Below are positions 9,778 through 17,731 of a stretch of DNA of 64,000 bases, piece by piece. A model generated the notes under the pieces. That model made no database searches, was not told where the DNA came from, and saw only the letters and a program-made list of their open reading frames with translations. The position numbers and the translations under genes were made by a program. The DNA comes from Escherichia phage vB_vPM_PD06: the sequence record NC_052653.1; one strand, given 5' to 3'. The number at the start of each line of letters is the position of its first letter. Positions within the stretch are counted from its first letter, which is position 1.

Positions 9778-9854
9778 ATAATAAGTACACCACTGTAAGA
9801 AGCCTCAATGTGCTATTGACAGTTAACCAAGTCTACTCCTTGGATGGTGTTATT

Positions 9855-9929
9855 TGGTGCAGAGAGATGGTAACGATCCATCCTTTCTACCTTTTCAGGG
9901 TAGCACTAATCCGTCTCAGCTATCTCTGC
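9855..9929 (-). tRNA. tRNA-Phe (anticodon GAA)
   Basis: Acceptor GCAGAGA/TCTCTGC, anticodon arm CTACC-CTGAAAA-GGTAG, non-canonical T-loop ATCGTTA, CCA encoded. Confidence 0.65.
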
Positions 9930-9934
9930 AAATT

Positions 9935-10010
9935 TGGTCAGTGCGGCAGGACTCGAACCTGCGACCTGAAGCGTCCAAGGCTCCCACGCTACCAACTGCG
10001 CTACGCACTG
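9935..10010 (-). tRNA. tRNA-Pro (anticodon TGG)
   Basis: Acceptor CAGTGCG/CGCACTG, anticodon loop CTTGGAC, T-arm GCAGG-TTCGAGT-CCTGC, CCA encoded. Confidence 0.8.
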
Positions 10011-10017
10011 TAAATCT

Positions 10018-10092
10018 TGGCTGGAGATCTAGGAATCGAACCTAGTCATCACGACTTCAAAGGCCGTTGCCTTCCCACTAGGCTAATCTCCA
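10018..10092 (-). tRNA. tRNA-Gln (anticodon TTG)
   Basis: Acceptor TGGAGAT/ATCTCCA, anticodon arm ACGGC-CTTTGAA-GTCGT, T-arm CTAGG-TTCGATT-CCTAG, CCA encoded. Confidence 0.8.
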
Positions 10093-10523
10093 ATAAATTA
10101 CTTCAGTGTTACCACAAAGTGACGAACTGCTTTTCGTGCAGCAGAAGCCAGAGGCTTAGCATACTTAAGTTCATCTTTTTCCATTATAAATTCTCTTTTA
10201 AATGAAAATGCAGGACTTATTGGCATTGCCTGCGCAAGCCCTCAAGGGGAACATAGGTTTTTGGATATTTAACGACCAGGATAACCATAAACCCGTCATC
10301 ATTCACATTCAAGAGGTACACCATAAAACTGCCGGGGTCTTAAAACTATAATGATTCGCAAATCATTAATCAGACAGTTCGATGGCTCCTCGATTTTAGC
10401 TCACACTAAGGCAGTGAATCTCCAATAAACTAAAAAATCACTTAAAAAGAACCGCTAGAGTTTGAAGGAGAAAACCATGAGCGAAAAGAGAAATTTTCTC
10501 TAGCGATTCCATTTAAATAATCT

Positions 10524-10598
10524 TGGAGCGAGTAACAGGACTTGAACCTGCACCTGGAGGGTGGAAACCTCATATGCTACCATTAACACTATACCCGC
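10524..10598 (-). tRNA. tRNA-Gly (anticodon TCC)
   Basis: Acceptor GCGGGTA/TACTCGC, anticodon loop TTTCCAC, T-arm GCAGG-TTCAAGT-CCTGT, CCA encoded. Confidence 0.75.
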
Positions 10599-10653
10599 TT
10601 AACAATATTACTCTAACATACTATTAGCCCCTTTGTCAAGAGGCTTTTGATAC

Positions 10654-10983
10654 TTATTTTAAAATAGTAGATGCACCACGTCTGTTTAGATATGCAATAG
10701 TAAAGTCCAAATCACCTATTTCTTCAGGTTCCCACTGACCTTCTAAGCCATAACAAGAACAATGATATGCGTGTACTTCATAAAACAAAGATGTTTTCAT
10801 ATCATAAAAATAAACGTGAGATTCACCTTCATAATATGCACAATCATAAGTGGCAGAAAGAATTACAATGTTATCCTTATCTAACTCTACTTCATAATAT
10901 CTTTCAACATCTTCAATATCATCAAAACCATCGAAAACATTGATATTAAAATATTTCTCTAACTCTTTTTCTGTCACATACAC
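10654..10983 (-). CDS. Hypothetical protein embedded in tRNA array
   Basis: 109-aa ORF between tRNA-Gly and tRNA-Thr; Cys/Tyr-rich; no motif recognised. Confidence 0.5.
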   Translation of the reverse strand: MYVTEKELEKYFNINVFDGFDDIEDVERYYEVELDKDNIVILSATYDCAYYEGESHVYFYDMKTSLFYEVHAYHCSCYGLEGQWEPEEIGDLDFTIAYLNRRGASTILK

Positions 10984-10990
10984 TCCTTTA

Positions 10991-11065
10991 GAGTTAAAAT
11001 TGGTGCTCCCACAAGGACTCGAACCCTGATAAGTTGCTTACAAGGCAACCGTAATAGCCGTTATA
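10991..11065 (-). tRNA. tRNA-Thr (anticodon TGT)
   Basis: Acceptor GCTCCTA/TGGGAGC, anticodon arm GTTGC-CTTGTAA-GCAAC, T-loop TTCGAGT, CCA encoded. Confidence 0.8.
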
Positions 11066-11071
11066 CGATAG

Positions 11072-11148
11072 GAGCAATACTTGGACTCGGCAGGATTCGA
11101 TACCTGCAATTCCAGAAGCCTCTTGGCGACTGGGGGTTTACCTTAACT
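11072..11148 (-). tRNA. tRNA-like element, identity undetermined
   Basis: Acceptor GGACTTG/CGAGTCC pairs well; T-arm-like GCAGG-TATCGAAT-CCTGC with 8-nt loop; no canonical anticodon arm found by hand; CCA not encoded. Confidence 0.3.
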
Positions 11149-11155
11149 CTACAAG

Positions 11156-11240
11156 TCCATAATTCTGGCGATGGATCAAGGATTTGAACCTTGCTAGAAC
11201 TTTCGTTCACGGATTAACAGTCCGTCGCCCAACCACTAGG
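11156..11240 (-). tRNA. tRNA with anticodon GTT (Asn-type) and long extra arm
   Basis: Acceptor GATGGAT/ATCCATC, anticodon arm ACGGA-CTGTTAA-TCCGT, 15-nt variable region containing hairpin GAAC-GAAA-GTTC, T-loop TTCAAAT, CCA encoded. Confidence 0.55.
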
Positions 11241-11247
11241 CCAATCC

Positions 11248-11334
11248 ATCTTTAATTTGGTGCAGGTAGTTGGACTCGAACCAACGAAGCCCCGAAGGGC
11301 AAGAGATTTACAGTCTCCAGCAATTGCCGCTATG
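11248..11334 (-). tRNA. tRNA-Tyr (anticodon GTA)
   Basis: Acceptor GTAGGTA/TACCTGC, anticodon arm GGAGA-CTGTAAA-TCTCT, long variable arm, T-loop TTCGAGT, CCA encoded. Confidence 0.8.
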
Positions 11335-11339
11335 CGATA

Positions 11340-11415
11340 CCTACGTGTTTGGTACATCGTGAAGGATTCGAACCTTCGACCTTGGAGTTAAAAGCACCTT
11401 GCTCTACCAACTAAG
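11340..11415 (-). tRNA. tRNA-Lys (anticodon TTT)
   Basis: Perfect acceptor ACATCGT/ACGATGT, D-arm GCTT-AGTTGGTA-GAGC, anticodon loop CTTTTAA (stem has two mismatches), T-arm GAAGG-TTCGAAT-CCTTC, CCA encoded. Confidence 0.6.
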
Positions 11416-11559
11416 CTAACGATGTATAAATTATCTTTAAAATAGCCAGTGTTTGCGGCACTTAGCTATGAAGTATTGGGGTATCGGTAAAGTGGTTACC
11501 GCCACTTGCCGAAAGTTTACTCTGCTAAAGTAAGATTACAAGCTACATTAAAGATAACT

Positions 11560-11645
11560 TGGCGGTAGATGTAGGACTTGAACCTACACGCCGTTTCCGA
11601 CGACAGTTTAGCAAACTGTTGTGGCTACCATTTCACCAATCTACC
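11560..11645 (-). tRNA. tRNA-Ser (anticodon GCT)
   Basis: Acceptor GGTAGAT/ATCTACC, anticodon arm ACAGT-TTGCTAA-ACTGT, long variable arm, T-loop TTCAAGT, CCA encoded. Confidence 0.8.
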
Positions 11646-11653
11646 GTTCTTAA

Positions 11654-11806
11654 TTATTCAAAACAACCGGAATCTTTTTGTTCTGCTTTTACCATACGAA
11701 TATTTTTACCATCTTCAGATTGTTGAAGATTAGAATACTCATAAACAACTTTATTATCTACAATCTTAACTCCGGTAACAACCTGTCCAATAGTTTTATA
11801 ATTCAT
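11654..11806 (-). CDS. Small hypothetical protein
   Basis: About 50-aa ORF from ATG (MNYKTIG...) with AGGAG upstream; the longer track ORF would overlap tRNA-Ser. Confidence 0.35.
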   Translation of the reverse strand: MNYKTIGQVVTGVKIVDNKVVYEYSNLQQSEDGKNIRMVKAEQKDSGCFE

Positions 11807-11824
11807 AAAGCTCCTAGTTGAATT

Positions 11825-11914
11825 TGGAGGAAGATAATGGAGTCGAACCATCACCGTATCGCTACAATGGGCCAGGGTTCAAACCTGGTTGCGCACCGCT
11901 GCGCCCTACCTTCC
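11825..11914 (-). tRNA. tRNA-Ser (anticodon TGA)
   Basis: Acceptor GGAAGGT/ATCTTCC, anticodon arm CCAGG-TTTGAAC-CCTGG, long variable arm, T-arm GATGG-TTCGACT-CCATT, CCA encoded. Confidence 0.7.
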
Positions 11915-11975
11915 CGTTATCATACTTTAAATCTAACATAAAACTATCTTGCTTGTCAAGTAGTTTTTAAAACTT

Positions 11976-12057
11976 TTTGGTCGGGGTGACAGGATTCGAA
12001 CCTGCATACTCCAATTACTCGGTTAACGCCTGATTAGAAGTCAGGTGAGATACACCC
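11976..12057 (-). tRNA. Atypical tRNA-like gene, possibly Arg (TCT)
   Basis: Perfect acceptor CGGGGTG/CACCCCG, T-arm GCAGG-TTCGAAT-CCTGT, CCA encoded, hairpin CCTGA-CTTCTAA-TCAGG; no room for a normal D-arm. Confidence 0.4.
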
Positions 12058-12239
12058 CGTTTTCACAGTAACTATAACAAAAAACTAAGTGAATGTCAAG
12101 ATATTTTTACTAAAATTATTATTTAAATTGAAGCCTAGTTATGGAATCGAACCATATTTCGTATTTAGTTAGACAAAGCGGTCTAACATATTTTTCAGGC
12201 TTTGATGGCCTCGGAATTACCAAATACCCTACTAGGCGT

Positions 12240-12325
12240 TGGTGCAAGTGGAGGGATTCGAACCCTCAATCATTTAAGCGTTGCGTTTTAAGCACAATGT
12301 GTATCACCAATTCCACCACACTTGC
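12240..12325 (-). tRNA. tRNA-Leu (anticodon TAA)
   Basis: Perfect acceptor GCAAGTG/CACTTGC, anticodon arm TTGTG-CTTAAAA-CGCAA, long variable arm, T-arm GAGGG-TTCGAAT-CCCTC, CCA encoded. Confidence 0.75.
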
Positions 12326-12356
12326 ATATAGGAGATGCATAGCATCTCCTTTTAAA

Positions 12357-12432
12357 TGGTGGTTCCCCAGGGTTACAATCCCTGCCCTCGACACTTATGA
12401 GGTGTGCGCTCTCGTCAGTGAGCTATGGAACC
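12357..12432 (-). tRNA. tRNA with CAT anticodon (Met or Ile2), non-canonical T-loop
   Basis: D-arm GCTC-ACTGACGA-GAGC, anticodon loop CTCATAA, T-arm CAGGG-ATTGTAA-CCCTG, acceptor GGTTCCA/GGGAACC, CCA encoded. Confidence 0.65.
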
Positions 12433-12439
12433 TTGAATA

Positions 12440-12706
12440 TTAAGCATACTGGGTCATTTCACCAGCTTCGCGTTTCTCCAGAAGAACTGTAATCAAAGCA
12501 ATAGCTGCTTCTTCTTCGTGAGGAAGCCCCATTTCATCCAGAAGAGCAAGGAAGTCAATTACCAAACTTTCTGTTTTAAGGCTAACGCTACCATTTTCGT
12601 TTTCAGTAAGAACTGATTCAGGTTCAAAAATAAAGATTGCTCCACCTTTATTATCAATCAATACGTGCTTCTCAATCAGTTCTTTACCATAAGTACGTTC
12701 TGTCAT
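12440..12706 (-). CDS. Hypothetical protein
   Basis: 88-aa ORF directly upstream of tRNA array on same strand. Confidence 0.5.
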   Translation of the reverse strand: MTERTYGKELIEKHVLIDNKGGAIFIFEPESVLTENENGSVSLKTESLVIDFLALLDEMGLPHEEEAAIALITVLLEKREAGEMTQYA

Positions 12707-12886
12707 AGTTTTCTCCTTTTTGTTTAACTTGGGCTTATCTTAGCAAATAACTAGCTATGTTGTCAACTAGTTTTTACAATATTTTTTCTTGATCTGTAAC
12801 CTAGTGTATAACCGCATACAAAGGATACAATAGCAATAAAAACAGATAAGCCAAAAATAATTTCTGTAGACATACTGTTTCCTTAA

Positions 12887-13108
12887 TTATGTGAAATCTA
12901 ATTCCTCCTCTGGTGCTGTGTAATTTAGAAGAAGATCAGTTACACTTTGATGTTGATAAACCCTTTCGGGACTGTCATCGAATGCCAAACTTGTACAAAT
13001 CGAGCATAGATCCGACTCTTGAATATTACCATTCCTGTCTCTACGGGAATGATTAGTCAAGTGTCTGTTACAGGCTCGGCAACGAAAATAAAAATTATGT
13101 TGTTTCAT
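12887..13108 (-). CDS. Small zinc-ribbon-like protein
   Basis: 73 aa with paired CxxC motifs (CRACN ... CSIC). Confidence 0.45.
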   Translation of the reverse strand: MKQHNFYFRCRACNRHLTNHSRRDRNGNIQESDLCSICTSLAFDDSPERVYQHQSVTDLLLNYTAPEEELDFT

Positions 13109-13179
13109 AAATCCTTCGTGAAGCCCATCCAGGGCAGTTGTAGGCTCTCCTTACCTTAATCTTATCACGAAGTTTTTAT

Positions 13180-14913
13180 TTAGTCAACCTGGATGGTTCC
13201 CATAGTACGAAGAACCTCTACATCAACACGGTTGCGGATATCAGTGAATGTTTCATCACGACCTTCTACTTGTGGTGTAATAACCTTACCATTCTTGAAG
13301 ATAACTTGTAACTCATTGTCTTCATCCTGGATATCTTTAAAAGAAAGATTATCTACAAGAGAAAGATTACCATTGGTATCATTAACAACCTTAATAAAAC
13401 CTTTTGCAGAGCGTTTACCAGGATCAGTTTTAGGCTCCTTACTTACCAAAATTTCGTGTTCACCGATGATACTACCTGTTGCTTTAACAGCAAAACCAAA
13501 AGTATCTCGTGTATTGAACTGATAAGTATAACTACCAACACCAAATACAATATTGGAAGCTGCAAAACCTTTCTTCTTCAGTCGGCGTAAGATCTCGTGT
13601 TCTCGTTCAACAGTAATAGAATCACCATAAATCATACCGATATGCTGATCAAGAACCTTGTAGCCTTTTCGGTTGATAGTACCACCAAACACTTCCCAAA
13701 GGATTTGAATAGAACCTACTGCTTCACAATAAGGAATCTCATAAGTTTCATCAATACAGTCAGCAACACTGCAATCCTGAAGAACATTGTAATACTTATT
13801 AACATCAGCCAAATGAACTACTTCAGTGGCTGTCGCAATACCATTATTTAAGAGGTCTTGATAGTTATCAAAAGATTCAACATTGTATCCTGCAACAACT
13901 TTAACCGGATCTCCTGAATCTGGACGAATAACAAGACGACCATTTCGTGACATAATGGAATCTTTCAATTCTACCAGAATGCGAGTCAATACAGCCCAAT
14001 AGTCATAAGAGTCTGCTACATATGAACAAAAACCTTCTGGAACAATTTCTTCGATATAACGACGAAGAAACTCTTTTTCTGCTACATAACGAAGCCCATC
14101 TACATCATCTTTAAGATGTGGGAAATGTTTCTTCAGATCTTCAACAATAGATCCAATGTTAGTCGTTGCTACTGAATGTTCTGTTGCCGGAATCGAACCT
14201 GCAACAAACTGATCATAATCAATACCATAATAGTCATGCACAGTTTCAATAGCCAGAATATTATCTGTTCCTGTGAACGATGCCAAGTGAGCGATACCAC
14301 TCTTATAACCATCTTCGATATTACTTAAACCACGTAGGCTAAAATCATGACACTGGAAGTTAACGTGATCAATATTATCACACGTTGCCATCGCATATGC
14401 CATAGCGATACGCTTATACTGAAAAGCTGCTGTGGCATTAGTCATTGTCTTCCAAGTTTCATCTGACAACAGTGTTTCCACATAGTTAGTTAACCAAAAG
14501 AATTTTTCTAAAGTATTATGCACAGTAAACACAGGAACACCAATAGGACACAAAACACCTTCTGGCAGAGATCGAACTTCCAGCGGAAGATAACCTAAAT
14601 CGTGCAATTCTCCCCAACATTCCGCAGAAGGAGCAGAAGCACCTAACGCATTTTTAGACATACGATAAAATTTATTTACTGCTGCACTACGAGACATTTT
14701 AAAGAAGCTATCCCACATAGTTACAAGAGCATCAGTGACTGCTCGACGAATACCTAAAACAATCACACCACGTGCTTCACGATCTGCATAGTGTGCAAAG
14801 TTTTTATCATTACGAGGAGTTAAATTAGAGAAAATAAGTTTTGTATTTTGGTTGTACATCTGCTTGTGACCAGGTTTGTACCAATCAGTAGCAAAAGGTG
14901 CAAAAATATTCAT
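13180..14913 (-). CDS. nadV: Nicotinamide phosphoribosyltransferase (NAMPT)
   Basis: 577 aa; N-terminal MNIFAPFATDWYKPGHKQMY and overall length typical of NAMPT family. Confidence 0.85.
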   Translation of the reverse strand: MNIFAPFATDWYKPGHKQMYNQNTKLIFSNLTPRNDKNFAHYADREARGVIVLGIRRAVTDALVTMWDSFFKMSRSAAVNKFYRMSKNALGASAPSAECWGELHDLGYLPLEVRSLPEGVLCPIGVPVFTVHNTLEKFFWLTNYVETLLSDETWKTMTNATAAFQYKRIAMAYAMATCDNIDHVNFQCHDFSLRGLSNIEDGYKSGIAHLASFTGTDNILAIETVHDYYGIDYDQFVAGSIPATEHSVATTNIGSIVEDLKKHFPHLKDDVDGLRYVAEKEFLRRYIEEIVPEGFCSYVADSYDYWAVLTRILVELKDSIMSRNGRLVIRPDSGDPVKVVAGYNVESFDNYQDLLNNGIATATEVVHLADVNKYYNVLQDCSVADCIDETYEIPYCEAVGSIQILWEVFGGTINRKGYKVLDQHIGMIYGDSITVEREHEILRRLKKKGFAASNIVFGVGSYTYQFNTRDTFGFAVKATGSIIGEHEILVSKEPKTDPGKRSAKGFIKVVNDTNGNLSLVDNLSFKDIQDEDNELQVIFKNGKVITPQVEGRDETFTDIRNRVDVEVLRTMGTIQVD

Positions 14914-14984
14914 AGTTATGTCTCCTTGTTTGTTAATGTGGGAGTATCTTACTAAGCATACTCCCTATTGTCAACACTTATTAT

Positions 14985-15878
14985 TTAAAAATTCCACACG
15001 TATGGAGATACAATTTGTTGTTGCAAATCTGACTGATTCTTAACAAGAACACCAGAATCTTCTTGGATGTTATCTTCCCACACATTAAGAGAATGAATGC
15101 AGTCAAAGTGCTCACTTAACTCTTTAAGACCTTTAGAAAAGATACCGTGTGTAACATATAGCTCAATCTTACCTGCGTTACGAGCACGTAGCACTTTAGC
15201 CAATTCGATAAAAGTTCTACCACCATCACAGATATCATCTACGATCATCAGGTTACGCTTATTGAAATCCTGTACAGAAATGTCTGTACGAACAATAGCA
15301 CCTGTTGCGGTATCTCTAACCTTCTCTGCACAGAACACATCTAAAGACATTTTCTTAGATAATTTAAATATTTTCTTAAGAGCACCACCATCAGGGCTAA
15401 CAAGAGCAAAATTCTCCATACGTAACTTCCACTTTAAAGTTTCGTAAGCAATCTCTTCTTGAGGCATTACACAGAGTCTGTCAAACACTGCTGGAGTAAC
15501 ATCACTATGCGGATCAGCAACGATAACACGTGAGAAATTTAATGAATTAATTATAGAAGCAAATGCTTTAACTCCGAATGCTTCCCCAGGCTCACACACT
15601 CTGTCTTGTCGTGCATACGGCACATACAACATGAGTAAATCAACACAATATGGTTTATGATATAGCATATTGTCCAATGCATTCTTAGTCATAACCAAAG
15701 TCATCAAGTCTTTAGCAGATCTTACTTCTAAAGTGAGTAAGATTCTGTCTGTAGCATGATTGAAACCTGATAGATTCGTATCTAATTGAACATGTTGTTC
15801 TCCACCAGAGAATGTAAACACTTTAACGTCTACATCAGTAACATAACAGTCAACACCATGCAGAATACTAACTTTCAT
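14985..15878 (-). CDS. prs: Ribose-phosphate pyrophosphokinase (PRPP synthetase)-like
   Basis: YARQDR motif, SPDGG, and PRPP-binding loop MIVDDICDGGRT. Confidence 0.8.
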   Translation of the reverse strand: MKVSILHGVDCYVTDVDVKVFTFSGGEQHVQLDTNLSGFNHATDRILLTLEVRSAKDLMTLVMTKNALDNMLYHKPYCVDLLMLYVPYARQDRVCEPGEAFGVKAFASIINSLNFSRVIVADPHSDVTPAVFDRLCVMPQEEIAYETLKWKLRMENFALVSPDGGALKKIFKLSKKMSLDVFCAEKVRDTATGAIVRTDISVQDFNKRNLMIVDDICDGGRTFIELAKVLRARNAGKIELYVTHGIFSKGLKELSEHFDCIHSLNVWEDNIQEDSGVLVKNQSDLQQQIVSPYVWNF

Positions 15879-15879
15879 T

Positions 15880-16298
15880 CTTTATCTCCTTAGTTGCGTT
15901 AGGACTTTATGTTCTCTACTCTACATACAGATAGATCTAAAGTCAATAGATATTTATTATTTAATTAATAATAAAATTAATAAATAATTAATAAATAATC
16001 TATTGTTAGTATAGAGCATGTATGTTAGTATTATAGATATAACATAGTGCTATATGTAGACTACTCAGTTGTCTGTTAGATCATGTATCACAAGATTAGA
16101 TAACACCCCCTCGCTGCGCTCGGCGTTTTTCGGGGGTTAGGGTAGCATACTTTTTTGCGTTTGTCAACACCTTTTTGGATTATTTTTAAGTACAACCTGA
16201 ACCTCCTAAAAACGATTGTAACGAGTTTTACTGTGAGGTAAGGTGATTGCATATCTTAGAGGCTATTAGCTCGTTACAGAGCCATACAGGAGGGAATA
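15880..16298. promoter_or_regulatory. Divergent intergenic control region
   Basis: 419-bp non-coding gap between diverging gene blocks; 50-bp pure A/T tract with reiterated TAATTAATAA units (15951-16000) and a GC-rich hairpin near 16105-16135. Confidence 0.45.
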
Positions 16299-16667
16299 AT
16301 GAGGGTCACACGTTACGTTAGAAGTGAAACAATAGATGGAGGCATAATGTATGCTTTCTACGATGATAAAACTTTTTGTTCTGCATTCTATGAAGAAGAC
16401 TTGTCTACGGAATGGCAACAAATCATCTTCTTACTTGACATTTTGAAAAGAAGAGATAACTTTGAAGGTATTGAGTGGACAGTGGGAGGCAAAGTTATCG
16501 TTGCAGGTTTAAGCAAACATGAGTTGCTTGACTTAGACTGTAAACTTTGTAATTATCAATTCTCAAAACGTTTACCATTAGAAAGACAGTTAGGAGTTGA
16601 GATTCATGTTGACTTGGGCGATGGAGTATCCTATACTCTCAACAATCATAGTGCTGACGTTAATTAG
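16299..16667 (+). CDS. Hypothetical protein
   Basis: 122-aa ORF, first gene of plus-strand block, GGAGGG upstream. Confidence 0.5.
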   Translation: MRVTRYVRSETIDGGIMYAFYDDKTFCSAFYEEDLSTEWQQIIFLLDILKRRDNFEGIEWTVGGKVIVAGLSKHELLDLDCKLCNYQFSKRLPLERQLGVEIHVDLGDGVSYTLNNHSADVN

Positions 16668-16733
16668 TGGGATCACAAAGTGCGTAACAAGCATTTGCGA
16701 TTGTTTAACACATTTTAAACAAAGGAAAAATAA

Positions 16734-16931
16734 ATGAATCAAACTATGCAAACAATCTATAGAGTAATCCTTGGTGAGTTCCATGTTGTTAAGTCAACAT
16801 TGAATTATGAAGAAGCTAAAGAGAATTTCTTGCTATGGGTTGAAGCATTCTCTGAAGTTGAAAAGGTAAGTTACAATTGTGTAACTTTAACTGCTGATCA
16901 CGTACCTGTATTGGAGTTTATTAAGAAATGA
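16734..16931 (+). CDS. Hypothetical protein
   Basis: 65-aa ORF in compact co-directional array. Confidence 0.45.
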   Translation: MNQTMQTIYRVILGEFHVVKSTLNYEEAKENFLLWVEAFSEVEKVSYNCVTLTADHVPVLEFIKK

Positions 16932-17167
16932 AAAAAGAAATTTTAACTGATGTAACATATTCTTGTATTAGCAAAGGCGGTTTATATCGTGTAGTTGGCT
17001 TTCCTAAACCAGCGGGTGTATCTAAAGTATTTGATCCTGTTGTGATCTACGAAGATGTAAGGACTGGTCAACAGTATTGGCGATTCCAGCAAGATTTCTT
17101 ACACCGCATGGAGGTTGTTGATGGCGAAAACACCGAAGAAGCGATCCGTAACAAAGCGCGCATCTAA
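16928..17167 (+). CDS. Hypothetical protein
   Basis: 79-aa ORF overlapping upstream stop (ATGA). Confidence 0.45.
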   Translation: MKKEILTDVTYSCISKGGLYRVVGFPKPAGVSKVFDPVVIYEDVRTGQQYWRFQQDFLHRMEVVDGENTEEAIRNKARI

Positions 17168-17456
17168 AGATGGGGCGGCAAAAGCCGCTCCTAAGAAACA
17201 AAAATTTGACACAGAGGCTTTTGTCTTTGATACTCCAATAGAAAAGATAGAAGAAGCTCTTGCTAAATTTGAAGAACGGGATGCAGATCCTATGGCAGAT
17301 CCTTTCACAGAAGATGAATTGTACTGGTTTGGCTGGTGGGTTTTGAATCTACCAGAAGCTAAAAAACGAGGAATGAAGTCAGTTCCTATTTGCGCAAAAG
17401 AATCGGCTGTGTTAGGTTTATACGAGAAGCCTAAAAGAAGGAGCAAAAAGAAATGA
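17121..17456 (+). CDS. Highly basic Lys/Ala-rich protein (possible DNA-binding protein)
   Basis: ATG at 17121 with GGAGG 6 nt upstream; N-terminus MAKTPKKRSVTKRASKDGAAKAAPKKQK, C-terminus KPKRRSKKK. Confidence 0.45.
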   Translation: MAKTPKKRSVTKRASKDGAAKAAPKKQKFDTEAFVFDTPIEKIEEALAKFEERDADPMADPFTEDELYWFGWWVLNLPEAKKRGMKSVPICAKESAVLGLYEKPKRRSKKK

Positions 17457-17731
17457 GAAAAACTTATCTGAAGTGTTTGTCTGTTGTGCAAAATGAATGG
17501 TATTCAGGTTTGCTGACAGCAGGTAAGAAATATGAAGTGCTCAATAAACCAGGGGCAAGATTTTCATTAATTAAGAACGACAAAGGCACTGAAATGCTTA
17601 TTTCAGTTGCAGATTCTATGTATGGTACTTTTGAGTTGGTCTATGAATATGTACCAATTATTCTTGAATACAGCGGTACAAACAAACCTTACACAGCTTT
17701 AGATGTGATCAACAACAAAAGGAATAAGTAA
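17453..17731 (+). CDS. Hypothetical protein
   Basis: 92-aa ORF, start overlaps upstream stop. Confidence 0.5.
   Translation: MRKTYLKCLSVVQNEWYSGLLTAGKKYEVLNKPGARFSLIKNDKGTEMLISVADSMYGTFELVYEYVPIILEYSGTNKPYTALDVINNKRNK

Noticed and set aside
9753-10205. Track ORFs 9753-10013, 9854-10045, 10017-10205 (+) and 12141-12443 (+)
   Set aside because: They run antisense through hand-folded tRNA genes, so are not credible coding sequences.
12135-12215. Possible degenerate tRNA
   Set aside because: Good T-arm (TATGG-TTCGATT-CCATA) but acceptor pairs at only 5 of 7 positions, no CCA, and the internal hairpin has a 6-nt loop; too irregular to call.
13193-15447. Track ORFs 13193-13522, 13597-13851, 15097-15447 (+)
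   Set aside because: Antisense within the NAMPT and PRPP synthetase genes, which have strong family motifs.
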